This document shows, piece after piece, positions 27,827-36,176 of a stretch of DNA of 47,362 bases. Under the pieces are notes generated by a model. It searched no databases and had not been told where the DNA came from. It worked only from the letters and a program-made list of their open reading frames with translations. Made by a program: the position numbers and the translations under genes. Numbering within the stretch: position 1 is the first letter of the stretch; each line of letters opens with the position of its first letter. Source of the DNA: Flavobacteriales bacterium TMED84 (GTDB lineage Bacteria > Bacteroidota > Bacteroidia > Flavobacteriales > BACL11); NCBI GenBank assembly GCA_002172655.2, contig NHEL02000012.1, forward strand, positions 72,455 through 119,816, given 5' to 3'.

Positions 27827-29161
27827 TTGAAAAAAATATTGATTATTGGATGTGGTAAGTCATCAACGAGTTTGATTGATTACTTGTACAATTATTGCAT
27901 GTCAAAAAATTACATTATTCAAATTTCTGATTTCGATACTAAAAATCTAAAATTTTTTACAAAAAAATATCCAAAAATTATAACTAAAATTTTTGATGTT
28001 AATGATAAGAAGCTAAGAGAAAAAATAGTCATTAATCAGTCAATTGTAATTTCAATGTTACCAGCAAAATATCATTTTTTGATAGCAATTGAATGTCTAA
28101 AATCTAATGTTAACCTAGTAACAGCATCATATATTTCAGACGAATTAATGAAATTAGATTATGAAGTAAAAAAGAAAAATTTGCTTTTTTTGAACGAAGT
28201 TGGATTAGATCCAGGTCTTGATCATATGTCAGCACTGAAGCTTATAAGTGAAATAAAAAGTGACAATGGAAAGATCAAATCTTTTAAATCACATTGTGGG
28301 GGCCTTATTCATCCAAAATATGATAACAATCCCTGGAACTACAAGTTTACTTGGAACCCAAGAAATGTTGTTCTTGCAGCAAAAGGACAGGCAAAGTTTT
28401 TAAGAAATAATAAAATTATTCAAGTAAATTATCCAGATGTTTTTAACCAAACAGAAAAAATAAACATCGATCAACTGGGTGATTTTGATTCATATGCCAA
28501 CAGAGACTCACTGAAGTATATCAAACTATACGGTCTAGATGAGATTGATACTATGTTTAGAGGTACGTTGAGGAGAAAAGGATTTTGTGAGTCGTGGGAG
28601 ATAATTGCTTTGTTAGGACTCACAGACGATGAAGTTTATTTTGATACATTTAATAAAAGCTATAAGGATTTAATTTTGTCTCAATTATTTAATAAAGACA
28701 ATGTTATTGATCTCAAAAAAGAAATTGAATTAAAAATTTCTAGAAAAATCAGTGAGGAAACTTACAATAAGTTATTGTGGACAGAACTATTTACTTGTAA
28801 TAGGAGATTAAAGAATGAAAAAATGACTTTGGCTCAGGTCATTGAAAGTCTTTTAGTCAAAAAATGGAACTTTGAGGAAAAAGACAAAGATATGATTGTA
28901 ATGCAACACGATTTTGAGTACCTAAAAAACAATAGACTTTTAAATAAAAAATCAACTCTTGTTGTTTATGGTGATGAAAATTTTTCAGCAATGTCAAAAA
29001 CTGTTGGTCTTCCACTCGCTATTGCTACTAAATTAATTCTAGAAAATAAAATTAATTATTGTGGAGTAAAAATTCCTGATATTCCAATGATTTATGAGCC
29101 TATTTTAAAGGAACTAGAAGATCATAAAATTAATTTTAAAGAATCAGTTGTTGAGGTTTAG
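27827..29161 (+). CDS. Saccharopine dehydrogenase family protein
   Basis: GCGKS Rossmann motif, EVGLDPGLDHM, SHCGGL, YKFTWNP, RGTLR, MSKTVGLP; TTG start. Confidence 0.9.
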   Translation: MKKILIIGCGKSSTSLIDYLYNYCMSKNYIIQISDFDTKNLKFFTKKYPKIITKIFDVNDKKLREKIVINQSIVISMLPAKYHFLIAIECLKSNVNLVTASYISDELMKLDYEVKKKNLLFLNEVGLDPGLDHMSALKLISEIKSDNGKIKSFKSHCGGLIHPKYDNNPWNYKFTWNPRNVVLAAKGQAKFLRNNKIIQVNYPDVFNQTEKINIDQLGDFDSYANRDSLKYIKLYGLDEIDTMFRGTLRRKGFCESWEIIALLGLTDDEVYFDTFNKSYKDLILSQLFNKDNVIDLKKEIELKISRKISEETYNKLLWTELFTCNRRLKNEKMTLAQVIESLLVKKWNFEEKDKDMIVMQHDFEYLKNNRLLNKKSTLVVYGDENFSAMSKTVGLPLAIATKLILENKINYCGVKIPDIPMIYEPILKELEDHKINFKESVVEV

Positions 29162-29644
29162 TAAATCTTCATCAATCTTGACCTTAATTTTTTCGTCATT
29201 AATTTCAAGAATAAAGTTATCATGCATAGGTATAAAAACTTCCCTATTCTCTTTTCTAACAATTAGAACTGAATAGTTGGATGTTTGAATTTTGTTTGAG
29301 ACTTTTCCAATATTTCCAAATTTAATATCCTCAACCTCAAAGCCATGATAATTTTTTTCCTCTGCATTAAAAATTTTTTCATTTTTAGAAAAAATTTCAC
29401 AGTTAATTAAATTCTCAATTTTTTGAATATGGTCGATTTCTTTAAAAGAAACTAAATAAATGTTTTTTTTAAAATGTTTTAATTCTTTTATCTTAAATGG
29501 TATATAATTTTCATCATTATTTATGTAAATGAAATCATCAGGATTTATAAACTGCATTAAATCTAAGTTGGAGTAAATTTTTACATCTCCTCTTAAGCCG
29601 TGAGCTTTAAAAATTTTTCCAATTTGTCTCAAGTTATTGGACAT
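29144..29644 (-). CDS. rimM: 16S rRNA processing protein RimM
   Basis: IGKIFKAHGLRG, C-terminal PRC-barrel-like region with VFIP; directly downstream of rpsP. Confidence 0.9.
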   Translation of the reverse strand: MSNNLRQIGKIFKAHGLRGDVKIYSNLDLMQFINPDDFIYINNDENYIPFKIKELKHFKKNIYLVSFKEIDHIQKIENLINCEIFSKNEKIFNAEEKNYHGFEVEDIKFGNIGKVSNKIQTSNYSVLIVRKENREVFIPMHDNFILEINDEKIKVKIDEDLLNLNN

Positions 29645-29683
29645 AATAAACTTTGGTTGTAAATTCAGTGAAATTTGAACTGC

Positions 29684-30412
29684 CTAGCTCTTTTCTTTAC
29701 CGGGCTGCTCACCCTCTTCAGCAGCAGGAGCTTCTTCATCAGCAGGAGCTTCTTCATTAGCAGGAGCTTCTTCATCAGCAGGAGCTTCTTCATCAGCAGG
29801 AGCTTCTTCATCAGCAGGAGCTTCTTCATCAGCAGGAGCCTCATCAGCAGCAGTAGCTTCTTCAGCAGCAGTAGCTTCTTTATCAGCAGTAGCCTCATCA
29901 GCAGCAGTAGCTTCTTCATCAGCAGGTGCTTCTTCAGCAACAGGTGCTTGCGCAGAGACTAGCTTATCTTCAATTTCCTTCTTTCTTTTTTCATTTCTTT
30001 CAGATTCTGCCTCCATTCTTTCTTTTTCCTTGTCTTTTTTGACCTTATCTAAGTTGTCTTTTTTGGTATTAATCTTATTTTCTTTTTCATTAATCCAATC
30101 TTCGAACTTTTTGTTCGCTTGTTCTTCTGTTAGAGCTCCTTTTGTAACTCCAACCAATAAGTGTTTTTTAAGCATCACTCCTTTGTAGGATAAAATTGCT
30201 CTGCATGTGTCTGTGGGTATAGCGCCTTTCATTACCCAATCTACGCATTTATCAAAATCAATATTAATAGTTGCTGGATTTGTGTTTGGATTATATGAAC
30301 CGACCTTTTCAATAAATTTACCATCTCTAGGAGATCTTTGGTCAGCTATTACTAAAGAGTAGATTGGTTTTCCTTTTCTACCTTTTCTTTGAAGTCTAAT
30401 TCTTGTTGCCAT
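29684..30412 (-). CDS. rpsP: 30S ribosomal protein S16 with long acidic repetitive C-terminal extension
   Basis: MATRIRLQRKGRKGKPIY..ADQRSPRDGKFIEKVGSYNP; 242 aa. Confidence 0.97.
   Translation of the reverse strand: MATRIRLQRKGRKGKPIYSLVIADQRSPRDGKFIEKVGSYNPNTNPATINIDFDKCVDWVMKGAIPTDTCRAILSYKGVMLKKHLLVGVTKGALTEEQANKKFEDWINEKENKINTKKDNLDKVKKDKEKERMEAESERNEKRKKEIEDKLVSAQAPVAEEAPADEEATAADEATADKEATAAEEATAADEAPADEEAPADEEAPADEEAPADEEAPANEEAPADEEAPAAEEGEQPGKEKS
29723..29938. repeat. Tandem array of 12 x 18 bp (consensus AGCAGGAGCTTCTTCATC), encoding DEEAPA/DEEATA-type units in S16
   Basis: Counted by hand: 6 near-identical units at 29723-29830 and 6 diverged units at 29831-29938. Confidence 0.95.
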
Positions 30413-30470
30413 TTTATAATTTTTGGTTAAACCATCACGTGATTATTCCTTAATCAGGAGCGCAAAATTA
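30413..30470 (-). promoter_or_regulatory. rpsP promoter (-7 TAATTTTG at 30463-30470) and structured 5' leader
   Basis: Leader contains a TGATTA-AGGAA-TAATCA hairpin, an ATCACGTGAT palindrome and a TGGT-TTA-ACCA mini-hairpin. Confidence 0.55.
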
Positions 30471-30542
30471 ATATTTTTAATTTAATTGAAAAATTATTTA
30501 ATCAATTGTTTGATTCTAGTACAAAATTAAGCTCTATTTTTA

Positions 30543-30550
30543 TAGTTTTG
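30543..30550 (+). promoter_or_regulatory. -7 promoter element for the E1-murQ operon
   Basis: TAGTTTTG 15 nt upstream of ATG 30566. Confidence 0.6.
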
Positions 30551-30565
30551 CAAAAAAACATTTAA

Positions 30566-32971
30566 ATGTCAGCTAAAAAATTAGACAAAGCCGGTTTCAA
30601 AAACACCATACTCTCAGATTATAAGCTAATTTTTGAATGTAGAGAGTCCAGTCTTCTCGGAAGACGAGATGTTTTGTCAGGAAAGGGAAGTTTTGGGATT
30701 TTTGGTGACGGAAAAGAATTAGCTCAGATTGCGATGGCAAAAGTCTTCAAAAACGGTGATTTTAGAGCAGGTTACTACAGAGATCAAGTTTTTATGACTG
30801 CTATTGGTCAATATTCCCCTAAGCATATGTTTACTGCTTTGTATGGTGACCCTGAAATTGAAAGAGAACCTAGTTCTGGCTCAAGACAAATGATGAATCA
30901 TTTTGGAACAAGATTCCTTAACGAGGACGGCTCTTGGAAAAACTTGATGGAGCAAAAGAACTCAACTTCTGATATGGCATGTCTAGCATCTCAATTTCCT
31001 AGACTTGTAGGTTTAGCACAAGCTTCAAAAGTATACAGAAACAACAAAGTATTAGCAAAGTCAAAGCCCAAGTTTACAGACAACGGAACTGAAATTGCTT
31101 TTGCAACAATTGGAAACTCTTCTTGTGCTGAGGGTCATTTTTTTGAAGCTGTTAACGCAATAGGTGTTCTTCAAGTTCCTGCAATTATTTCAATTTGGGA
31201 TGATGGATATGGAATCTCTGTGAGTAATGAGTACCAGGTCACAAAATCGGATATTTCTGAAATAATAAAGGGATTTCAGAGAGATGATAAAGGTGAAGGC
31301 TTTGAACTCTTCAAAGTCAAAGGATGGGACTATCCGTCCCTAATAGAAGCTTACGAAAAAGCAGAAAAGTTAGCTAGAGACAAGCATATTCCTTCAATAA
31401 TTCATGTAATTGAAATGACTCAACCTACTGGTCACTCAACCTCAGGAAGTCATGAAAGATATAAAAGCAAAGAGAGACTTGAGTGGGAAAAGGAATTCGA
31501 TTGTATCAAAAAATATGAAGAGTGGATCATAAAAAACAACATTGCTAGTGAAGATGAGCTTGATGAGATTAGAACTGAAGCAAAAGAAACTGTAAAGCAA
31601 GCCAAAAAGGAAGCTTGGTCAGAGTATCAAAAACCAATCAAAGATGAACTAAACCAATTATTAAACATATTTAAGTCAATAAAATCAAAATTTTCTATTG
31701 ATGAAATTGATGAGTGGAGTGAGGATTTAAATCAATCTGCAATGTTTGGGTTGTTTAGAAGAGATTATATGACTAAAGCAAGACTTTTACTCACTAAGTT
31801 AAACAAGGTTTCTGGCCCTGAAAAAGAATCATTAATTCAATTTATTGACAAGATAAACAAAGAGAACTCAAACAGATACAATACTTTCTTATACAATTTA
31901 ACCTCATCATCTGCAAGAAATGTTAAAGAGGTCAAGCCGATATATAGCGATAATGCAGAGCTAGTTGATGGAAGGATAATTTTAAGAGATAATTTTCATC
32001 AAATGTTTGAAGATATTCCCGAAGCAATGATATTTGGAGAAGATATTGGAAAAATTGGCGGAGTAAATCAAGGCGTTGAGGGTATGCAAGAAAAATTCGG
32101 AGAAGAAAGAGTTGCAGATACTGGAATCAGAGAGACAACAATTCTCGGTCAGGGTATAGGATTGTCTCTAAGGGGTTTAAGACCAATCGCTGAAATTCAG
32201 TATTTAGATTATTTGCTTTATGCTTTTCAAACAATGGCTGATGATTTAGCATCTTTACACTACAGAACTTATGGCGGTCAAATATCACCTGTAATAATTA
32301 GAACAAGAGGTCACAGACTAGAGGGCATATGGCACTCAGGGTCTCCAATGGGTATGATTATTAATGGAACAAGAGGTGTAAATATTTGTGTTCCAAGAGA
32401 TATGACTAGAGCCGCAGGTTTTTATAATACTCTTATGATATCCGATGAGCCAGCGATGGTTATTGAATGTTTAAATGGTTATAGAACGAAAGAAAAAATG
32501 CCAAGTAACATTGGTGAATTTAGAACACCACTTGGAGTAATTGAAGTTACCAAAACAGGAAATGACATTACCTTAGTATCATATGGTTCAACCTGGAGAA
32601 TAGTAAATGATGCTGCAAACGAACTTGAAAAGTTAGGGATTTCGTGTGAAGTTATTGATATACAATCAATTGTTCCATTTGACTTAAATTGTGAAATAGT
32701 TGAATCTGTGAAAAAAACCAATAGATTACTTGTTGTTGATGAGGATGTTCCTGGAGGAGCTAGTGCATACATTTTACAAAAAATAATTGAAGATCAAAAA
32801 GCATATGAATATTTGGACTCAAGTCCATCAACGCTAACAGCTAAGGCTCATAGACCACCATATGGAAAAGATGGTGATTACTTTACAAAACCTTCAGTGA
32901 ATGATGTAATTGAAAAGGTATACTCAATCCTTAATGAAGCAGATCCAAAAAAATTCCCTCAACTATTTTGA
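30566..32971 (+). CDS. 2-oxoacid (branched-chain-type) dehydrogenase E1, fused alpha/beta subunits
   Basis: GYYRD, ThDP-binding region TIGNSSCAEG..WDDGYGIS, GHSTS, GEDIG..GGV, EIQYLDY, transketolase C-terminal domain. Confidence 0.88.
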   Translation: MSAKKLDKAGFKNTILSDYKLIFECRESSLLGRRDVLSGKGSFGIFGDGKELAQIAMAKVFKNGDFRAGYYRDQVFMTAIGQYSPKHMFTALYGDPEIEREPSSGSRQMMNHFGTRFLNEDGSWKNLMEQKNSTSDMACLASQFPRLVGLAQASKVYRNNKVLAKSKPKFTDNGTEIAFATIGNSSCAEGHFFEAVNAIGVLQVPAIISIWDDGYGISVSNEYQVTKSDISEIIKGFQRDDKGEGFELFKVKGWDYPSLIEAYEKAEKLARDKHIPSIIHVIEMTQPTGHSTSGSHERYKSKERLEWEKEFDCIKKYEEWIIKNNIASEDELDEIRTEAKETVKQAKKEAWSEYQKPIKDELNQLLNIFKSIKSKFSIDEIDEWSEDLNQSAMFGLFRRDYMTKARLLLTKLNKVSGPEKESLIQFIDKINKENSNRYNTFLYNLTSSSARNVKEVKPIYSDNAELVDGRIILRDNFHQMFEDIPEAMIFGEDIGKIGGVNQGVEGMQEKFGEERVADTGIRETTILGQGIGLSLRGLRPIAEIQYLDYLLYAFQTMADDLASLHYRTYGGQISPVIIRTRGHRLEGIWHSGSPMGMIINGTRGVNICVPRDMTRAAGFYNTLMISDEPAMVIECLNGYRTKEKMPSNIGEFRTPLGVIEVTKTGNDITLVSYGSTWRIVNDAANELEKLGISCEVIDIQSIVPFDLNCEIVESVKKTNRLLVVDEDVPGGASAYILQKIIEDQKAYEYLDSSPSTLTAKAHRPPYGKDGDYFTKPSVNDVIEKVYSILNEADPKKFPQLF

Positions 32972-33783
32972 GAGAAATCTCAACAACCGAGTCTAGTTCT
33001 AACTACAATAATCTTGAAGAAATGTCTGTTTATGACATCCTTTCTAGTATGAACAACGAAGATTTGGGAGTAGCTAAATGTGTCCAGGAAAATTTACATT
33101 CCATTGAAAAATTAGTAAATCTTACTTTTGTTAATTTAAATAAAGGAGGTAGAGTATTTTACCTTGGTGCAGGAACATCGGGCAGATTAGGAATATTAGA
33201 CGCTTCTGAATGTCCACCAACTTTTGGTGTAAGTCACAAGCTTTTTATAGGCTTGATAGCGGGAGGGGACAAAGCTATAAGAAAAGCTGTTGAATTTGCT
33301 GAGGATGATCCTAATTTGGGTTGGAAGGACTTGCTTTCTTACAATGTTAATCAAAACGATACAGTAATTGGTTTGGCTGCATCCGGAAAAACACCGTACG
33401 TCGTTGGAGCTTTAAAAGAAGCTCAGAAAAATAATATATTAACAGGTTGCATCACTTGCAATAAAAATTCTTTGCTATCTAAGTATTCTGATGTTTCAAT
33501 TGAAATTGTTGTTGGACCAGAATTCATTTCTGGAAGCACAAGATTAAAATCTGGAACTGCTCAAAAAATGGTATTAAATATGTTGTCTACATCGCTTATG
33601 ATAAGACTTGGTAAAGTTATTGACAATAAAATGGTTGATATGGCTCTTTCAAATAAAAAGTTAATGAATAGAGGCGCAAAAATTATTTCTGAAAAAATAA
33701 ATGTTAGTGAAAAAAAAGCACTAGAATTACTTAAAAAATTTGGATCCGTTAGACAAGTATTAGACAAAAGAAAATATGAATAA
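32968..33783 (+). CDS. murQ: N-acetylmuramic acid 6-phosphate etherase
   Basis: GAGTSGRLGILDASECPPTFG, AASGKTPYV, GPEFISGSTRLKSGTAQK. Confidence 0.96.
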   Translation: MREISTTESSSNYNNLEEMSVYDILSSMNNEDLGVAKCVQENLHSIEKLVNLTFVNLNKGGRVFYLGAGTSGRLGILDASECPPTFGVSHKLFIGLIAGGDKAIRKAVEFAEDDPNLGWKDLLSYNVNQNDTVIGLAASGKTPYVVGALKEAQKNNILTGCITCNKNSLLSKYSDVSIEIVVGPEFISGSTRLKSGTAQKMVLNMLSTSLMIRLGKVIDNKMVDMALSNKKLMNRGAKIISEKINVSEKKALELLKKFGSVRQVLDKRKYE

Positions 33784-33985
33784 AGACAAATTAATAAAAG
33801 CTGTTATTTGGGCTAGTATGTTCTCATTTTGTGTGCTACTCTGTGCTTTTTTTATTTATGTGGGAAATAACAGAAGCAGAGATGGAAGTCACTTATTTAT
33901 AATCATAGGTTATTGCTTACTTCCAACTGTTTTTATTTGTGCTTACAAAGCGCTAAGAAATATTATTGATTCTATATTTTCTTAG
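33776..33985 (+). CDS. Small two-TM membrane protein (DUF6095-like)
   Basis: 69 aa, two hydrophobic helices, overlaps the murQ stop; family assignment from recalled synteny. Confidence 0.6.
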   Translation: MNKDKLIKAVIWASMFSFCVLLCAFFIYVGNNRSRDGSHLFIIIGYCLLPTVFICAYKALRNIIDSIFS

Positions 33986-34664
33986 CTCTAATCATTTCTC
34001 TTTTACCAAGAGCTCCTTTAAGTACAGAAATTTCAAAACCAATTTTTTTTAAATTTCTTTTAAAATCTCCACTTGAGCTGTAAGTGACAATGATCCCGTC
34101 TTTATTAAGTATATCGTAGCAATATTTTATTATTTTAAAATCCCAAATATTTTTTTGCTTGGATGGAGCAAATGCATCAAAATAAATCAAATCAAAAAAT
34201 TCTTTAGACATAAAGTTTTCAATTTTTATTTTCTCTTTACAAAAAATGAATTTTTCATTTAATTTTATTTTTTTTTTCCAAGCAGAAACATGAATTTTTT
34301 TTAAAATTTCTTCATCAATATTTAGGAACTGACAATAATTTAGTTTTTTTTGCAATGATTCATCTAAAGGATAAGGTTCTAAAGCATGGTAATATATTTT
34401 TGAATTTTTGTTTGAGTGTAAAAAGGTGAGTAGAATGTTAAGACCAGTTCCCATACCAATTTCTAAAATTTTTACATGTTTTTTGTTTTGTTGAGAAAAA
34501 CCATTTCTTATAAATACATGTTCGGACTCGCTAATTGCTCCTTTCTTGGAGTGATAATGCTCATTGAGATCACTGAAATAAATAGTATGAGAACCATCAT
34601 TTGTAATGTATAATTTCCGATTGATTTTATCGATTTTTTTGTTAAATTTGTTACATAATAACAA
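33972..34664 (-). CDS. mnmD: tRNA mnm5s2U34 methyltransferase (stand-alone MnmC methyltransferase domain); start uncertain
   Basis: DGSHT, EHYHS..GAISESEHVF, ILEIGMGTGLN, YFDAFAP, GKREM. Confidence 0.88.
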   Translation of the reverse strand: MLLCNKFNKKIDKINRKLYITNDGSHTIYFSDLNEHYHSKKGAISESEHVFIRNGFSQQNKKHVKILEIGMGTGLNILLTFLHSNKNSKIYYHALEPYPLDESLQKKLNYCQFLNIDEEILKKIHVSAWKKKIKLNEKFIFCKEKIKIENFMSKEFFDLIYFDAFAPSKQKNIWDFKIIKYCYDILNKDGIIVTYSSSGDFKRNLKKIGFEISVLKGALGKREMIRAKKI

Positions 34665-34677
34665 AAAAATTGCTTTT

Positions 34678-36129
34678 ATGAAAAATATCTTTACCTTTAT
34701 TATTGCTTTAACATTAATGATTTCGAATTACGAGGCTAAATCATCTCATTTAATGGGTGGACAAATAACAGCCACATACCTTTCAGCTGATACAAATGGA
34801 GTTCATTATTTAGTTGAGCTAACTGCCTACAGAGACACGATTGGAATTCCAATGCAGGCAACTGCTGAGTTTGACATACATAAACTAGACACATCTGGAA
34901 ATTGGAATTTTGTTTTTTCTCAGACTGTAGCTTATGATACAACCTCAGGTGGCTTAATGACTTCAGTAAATGCTTATGGGGTAGAAGTATATCTTTTTCA
35001 AGATACATTAACATTTACTGATACTAGCGGATATTTTTCAATTTCATACGAAGAGTGTTGCAGAAATGCTGCAATTGCAAATATGAGTAATCCTGGTAAT
35101 GAATCTATGGCACTAACAACTTATTTGACTATAGATAATCATAATCAAAACTCTACGCCCACATTTATTACTCCGCCAGTAGCTTACCTTCCTTCTGACA
35201 CAATATGGCAGTATAATCCACTTCCTTTTGATCCAGATGGAGATTCATTATCTTGGAGTATGACAGTGCCACTGGATGGTAATGGTACAGTTTCTGGGTA
35301 TGAATTTTTATCTGATTCATTGTATTCTAATTTATCTGGGATTTTTTCACTTGATTCAATAACAGGTTCTTTATCGTGGAATGCTAGAATGTCAGGAAAT
35401 TTTGTCGCTTCTTTCATAATAGAGGAGTACAGATCTGGTCAAAAAATTGGTGAAATGAGGAGAGATATGCAGTTTATTGTTGTAAATGATACAACAAATT
35501 ATATTCCGCAAATATCTAATATGCAAAGTATTCCAACAAATTCTGGAGGTTACCCTTATGTTATTTTAACTGCCGGGCAAAATTATCAACTTCACCTCAT
35601 TGGAAATGATGCAAATCCAAACGATGTTCTTAATATGAATGCCTACGGGGAAGCTTTCAACCTTAATCTTTCAGCACCCACTTTCACGTACTCTTTAACT
35701 GGAAATGGAAATGAGATTCAAGGAGACTTTTCTTGGACACCTGATGCTAGTCATGTAAGGTCAACGCCATACATCACAGTTTTCAGAACCTCGGACAATG
35801 TTTTCAATCATGATGAAACAATTCAATTTGAAGTAGCGTCAATGACAAGTAGTGAAAACTTAAATCAATTTACTAGTAATAACATCTATCCTAATCCAGC
35901 AACAAATAACTTTATTATTCCTTTAAGTTTAGAAAATAGTAACAAAGTTTCAATAAATATCTACAATATACTTGGCTCAAAAGTTTCTGAAACTAAAAAG
36001 ATGCATTTATCATCAGGTAATCATTTAGTAATGAAGAATATAGACTTTAAAAAAGGTCAGTATTTTGTAGTTGTTGAAAATGAACTTGGTGAGATTATTA
36101 CTTCACAAAAACTAACAGTAACAAATTAG
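34678..36129 (+). CDS. Secreted T9SS type-A cargo protein (SHxxGG...CCRN family)
   Basis: Signal peptide, SHLMGGQIT, ECCRN, DPDGDSL, C-terminal YPNPA...GQYFV...QKLTV. TAAATTTG at 34643-34650 supports ATG 34678. Confidence 0.85.
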   Translation: MKNIFTFIIALTLMISNYEAKSSHLMGGQITATYLSADTNGVHYLVELTAYRDTIGIPMQATAEFDIHKLDTSGNWNFVFSQTVAYDTTSGGLMTSVNAYGVEVYLFQDTLTFTDTSGYFSISYEECCRNAAIANMSNPGNESMALTTYLTIDNHNQNSTPTFITPPVAYLPSDTIWQYNPLPFDPDGDSLSWSMTVPLDGNGTVSGYEFLSDSLYSNLSGIFSLDSITGSLSWNARMSGNFVASFIIEEYRSGQKIGEMRRDMQFIVVNDTTNYIPQISNMQSIPTNSGGYPYVILTAGQNYQLHLIGNDANPNDVLNMNAYGEAFNLNLSAPTFTYSLTGNGNEIQGDFSWTPDASHVRSTPYITVFRTSDNVFNHDETIQFEVASMTSSENLNQFTSNNIYPNPATNNFIIPLSLENSNKVSINIYNILGSKVSETKKMHLSSGNHLVMKNIDFKKGQYFVVVENELGEIITSQKLTVTN

Positions 36130-36150
36130 TTTTGTCGTTTAATATCAGAT

Positions 36151-36176
36151 GAGGGAGCCTAGCTCCCTCTTTTTTT
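36151..36176 (+). terminator. Intrinsic terminator immediately before the ilvE start codon
   Basis: GAGGGAGC-CTA-GCTCCCTC followed by T7, then ATG. Confidence 0.8.

Noticed and set aside
29723-29938. Possible CRISPR array
   Set aside because: Units are contiguous 18-mers without spacers, in frame within rpsP; no cas genes present
29665-29962. ORFs 29665-29940 (-, MKKLLL repeats) and 29675-29962 (+, SRSFFI repeats)
   Set aside because: Alternative-frame and antisense shadows of the stop-free 18-bp array in rpsP
34268-34277. T10 homopolymers (also 5045-5054 and 38968-38977) as phase-variation tracts
   Set aside because: They encode Lys runs in intact housekeeping genes and are expected in very AT-rich DNA
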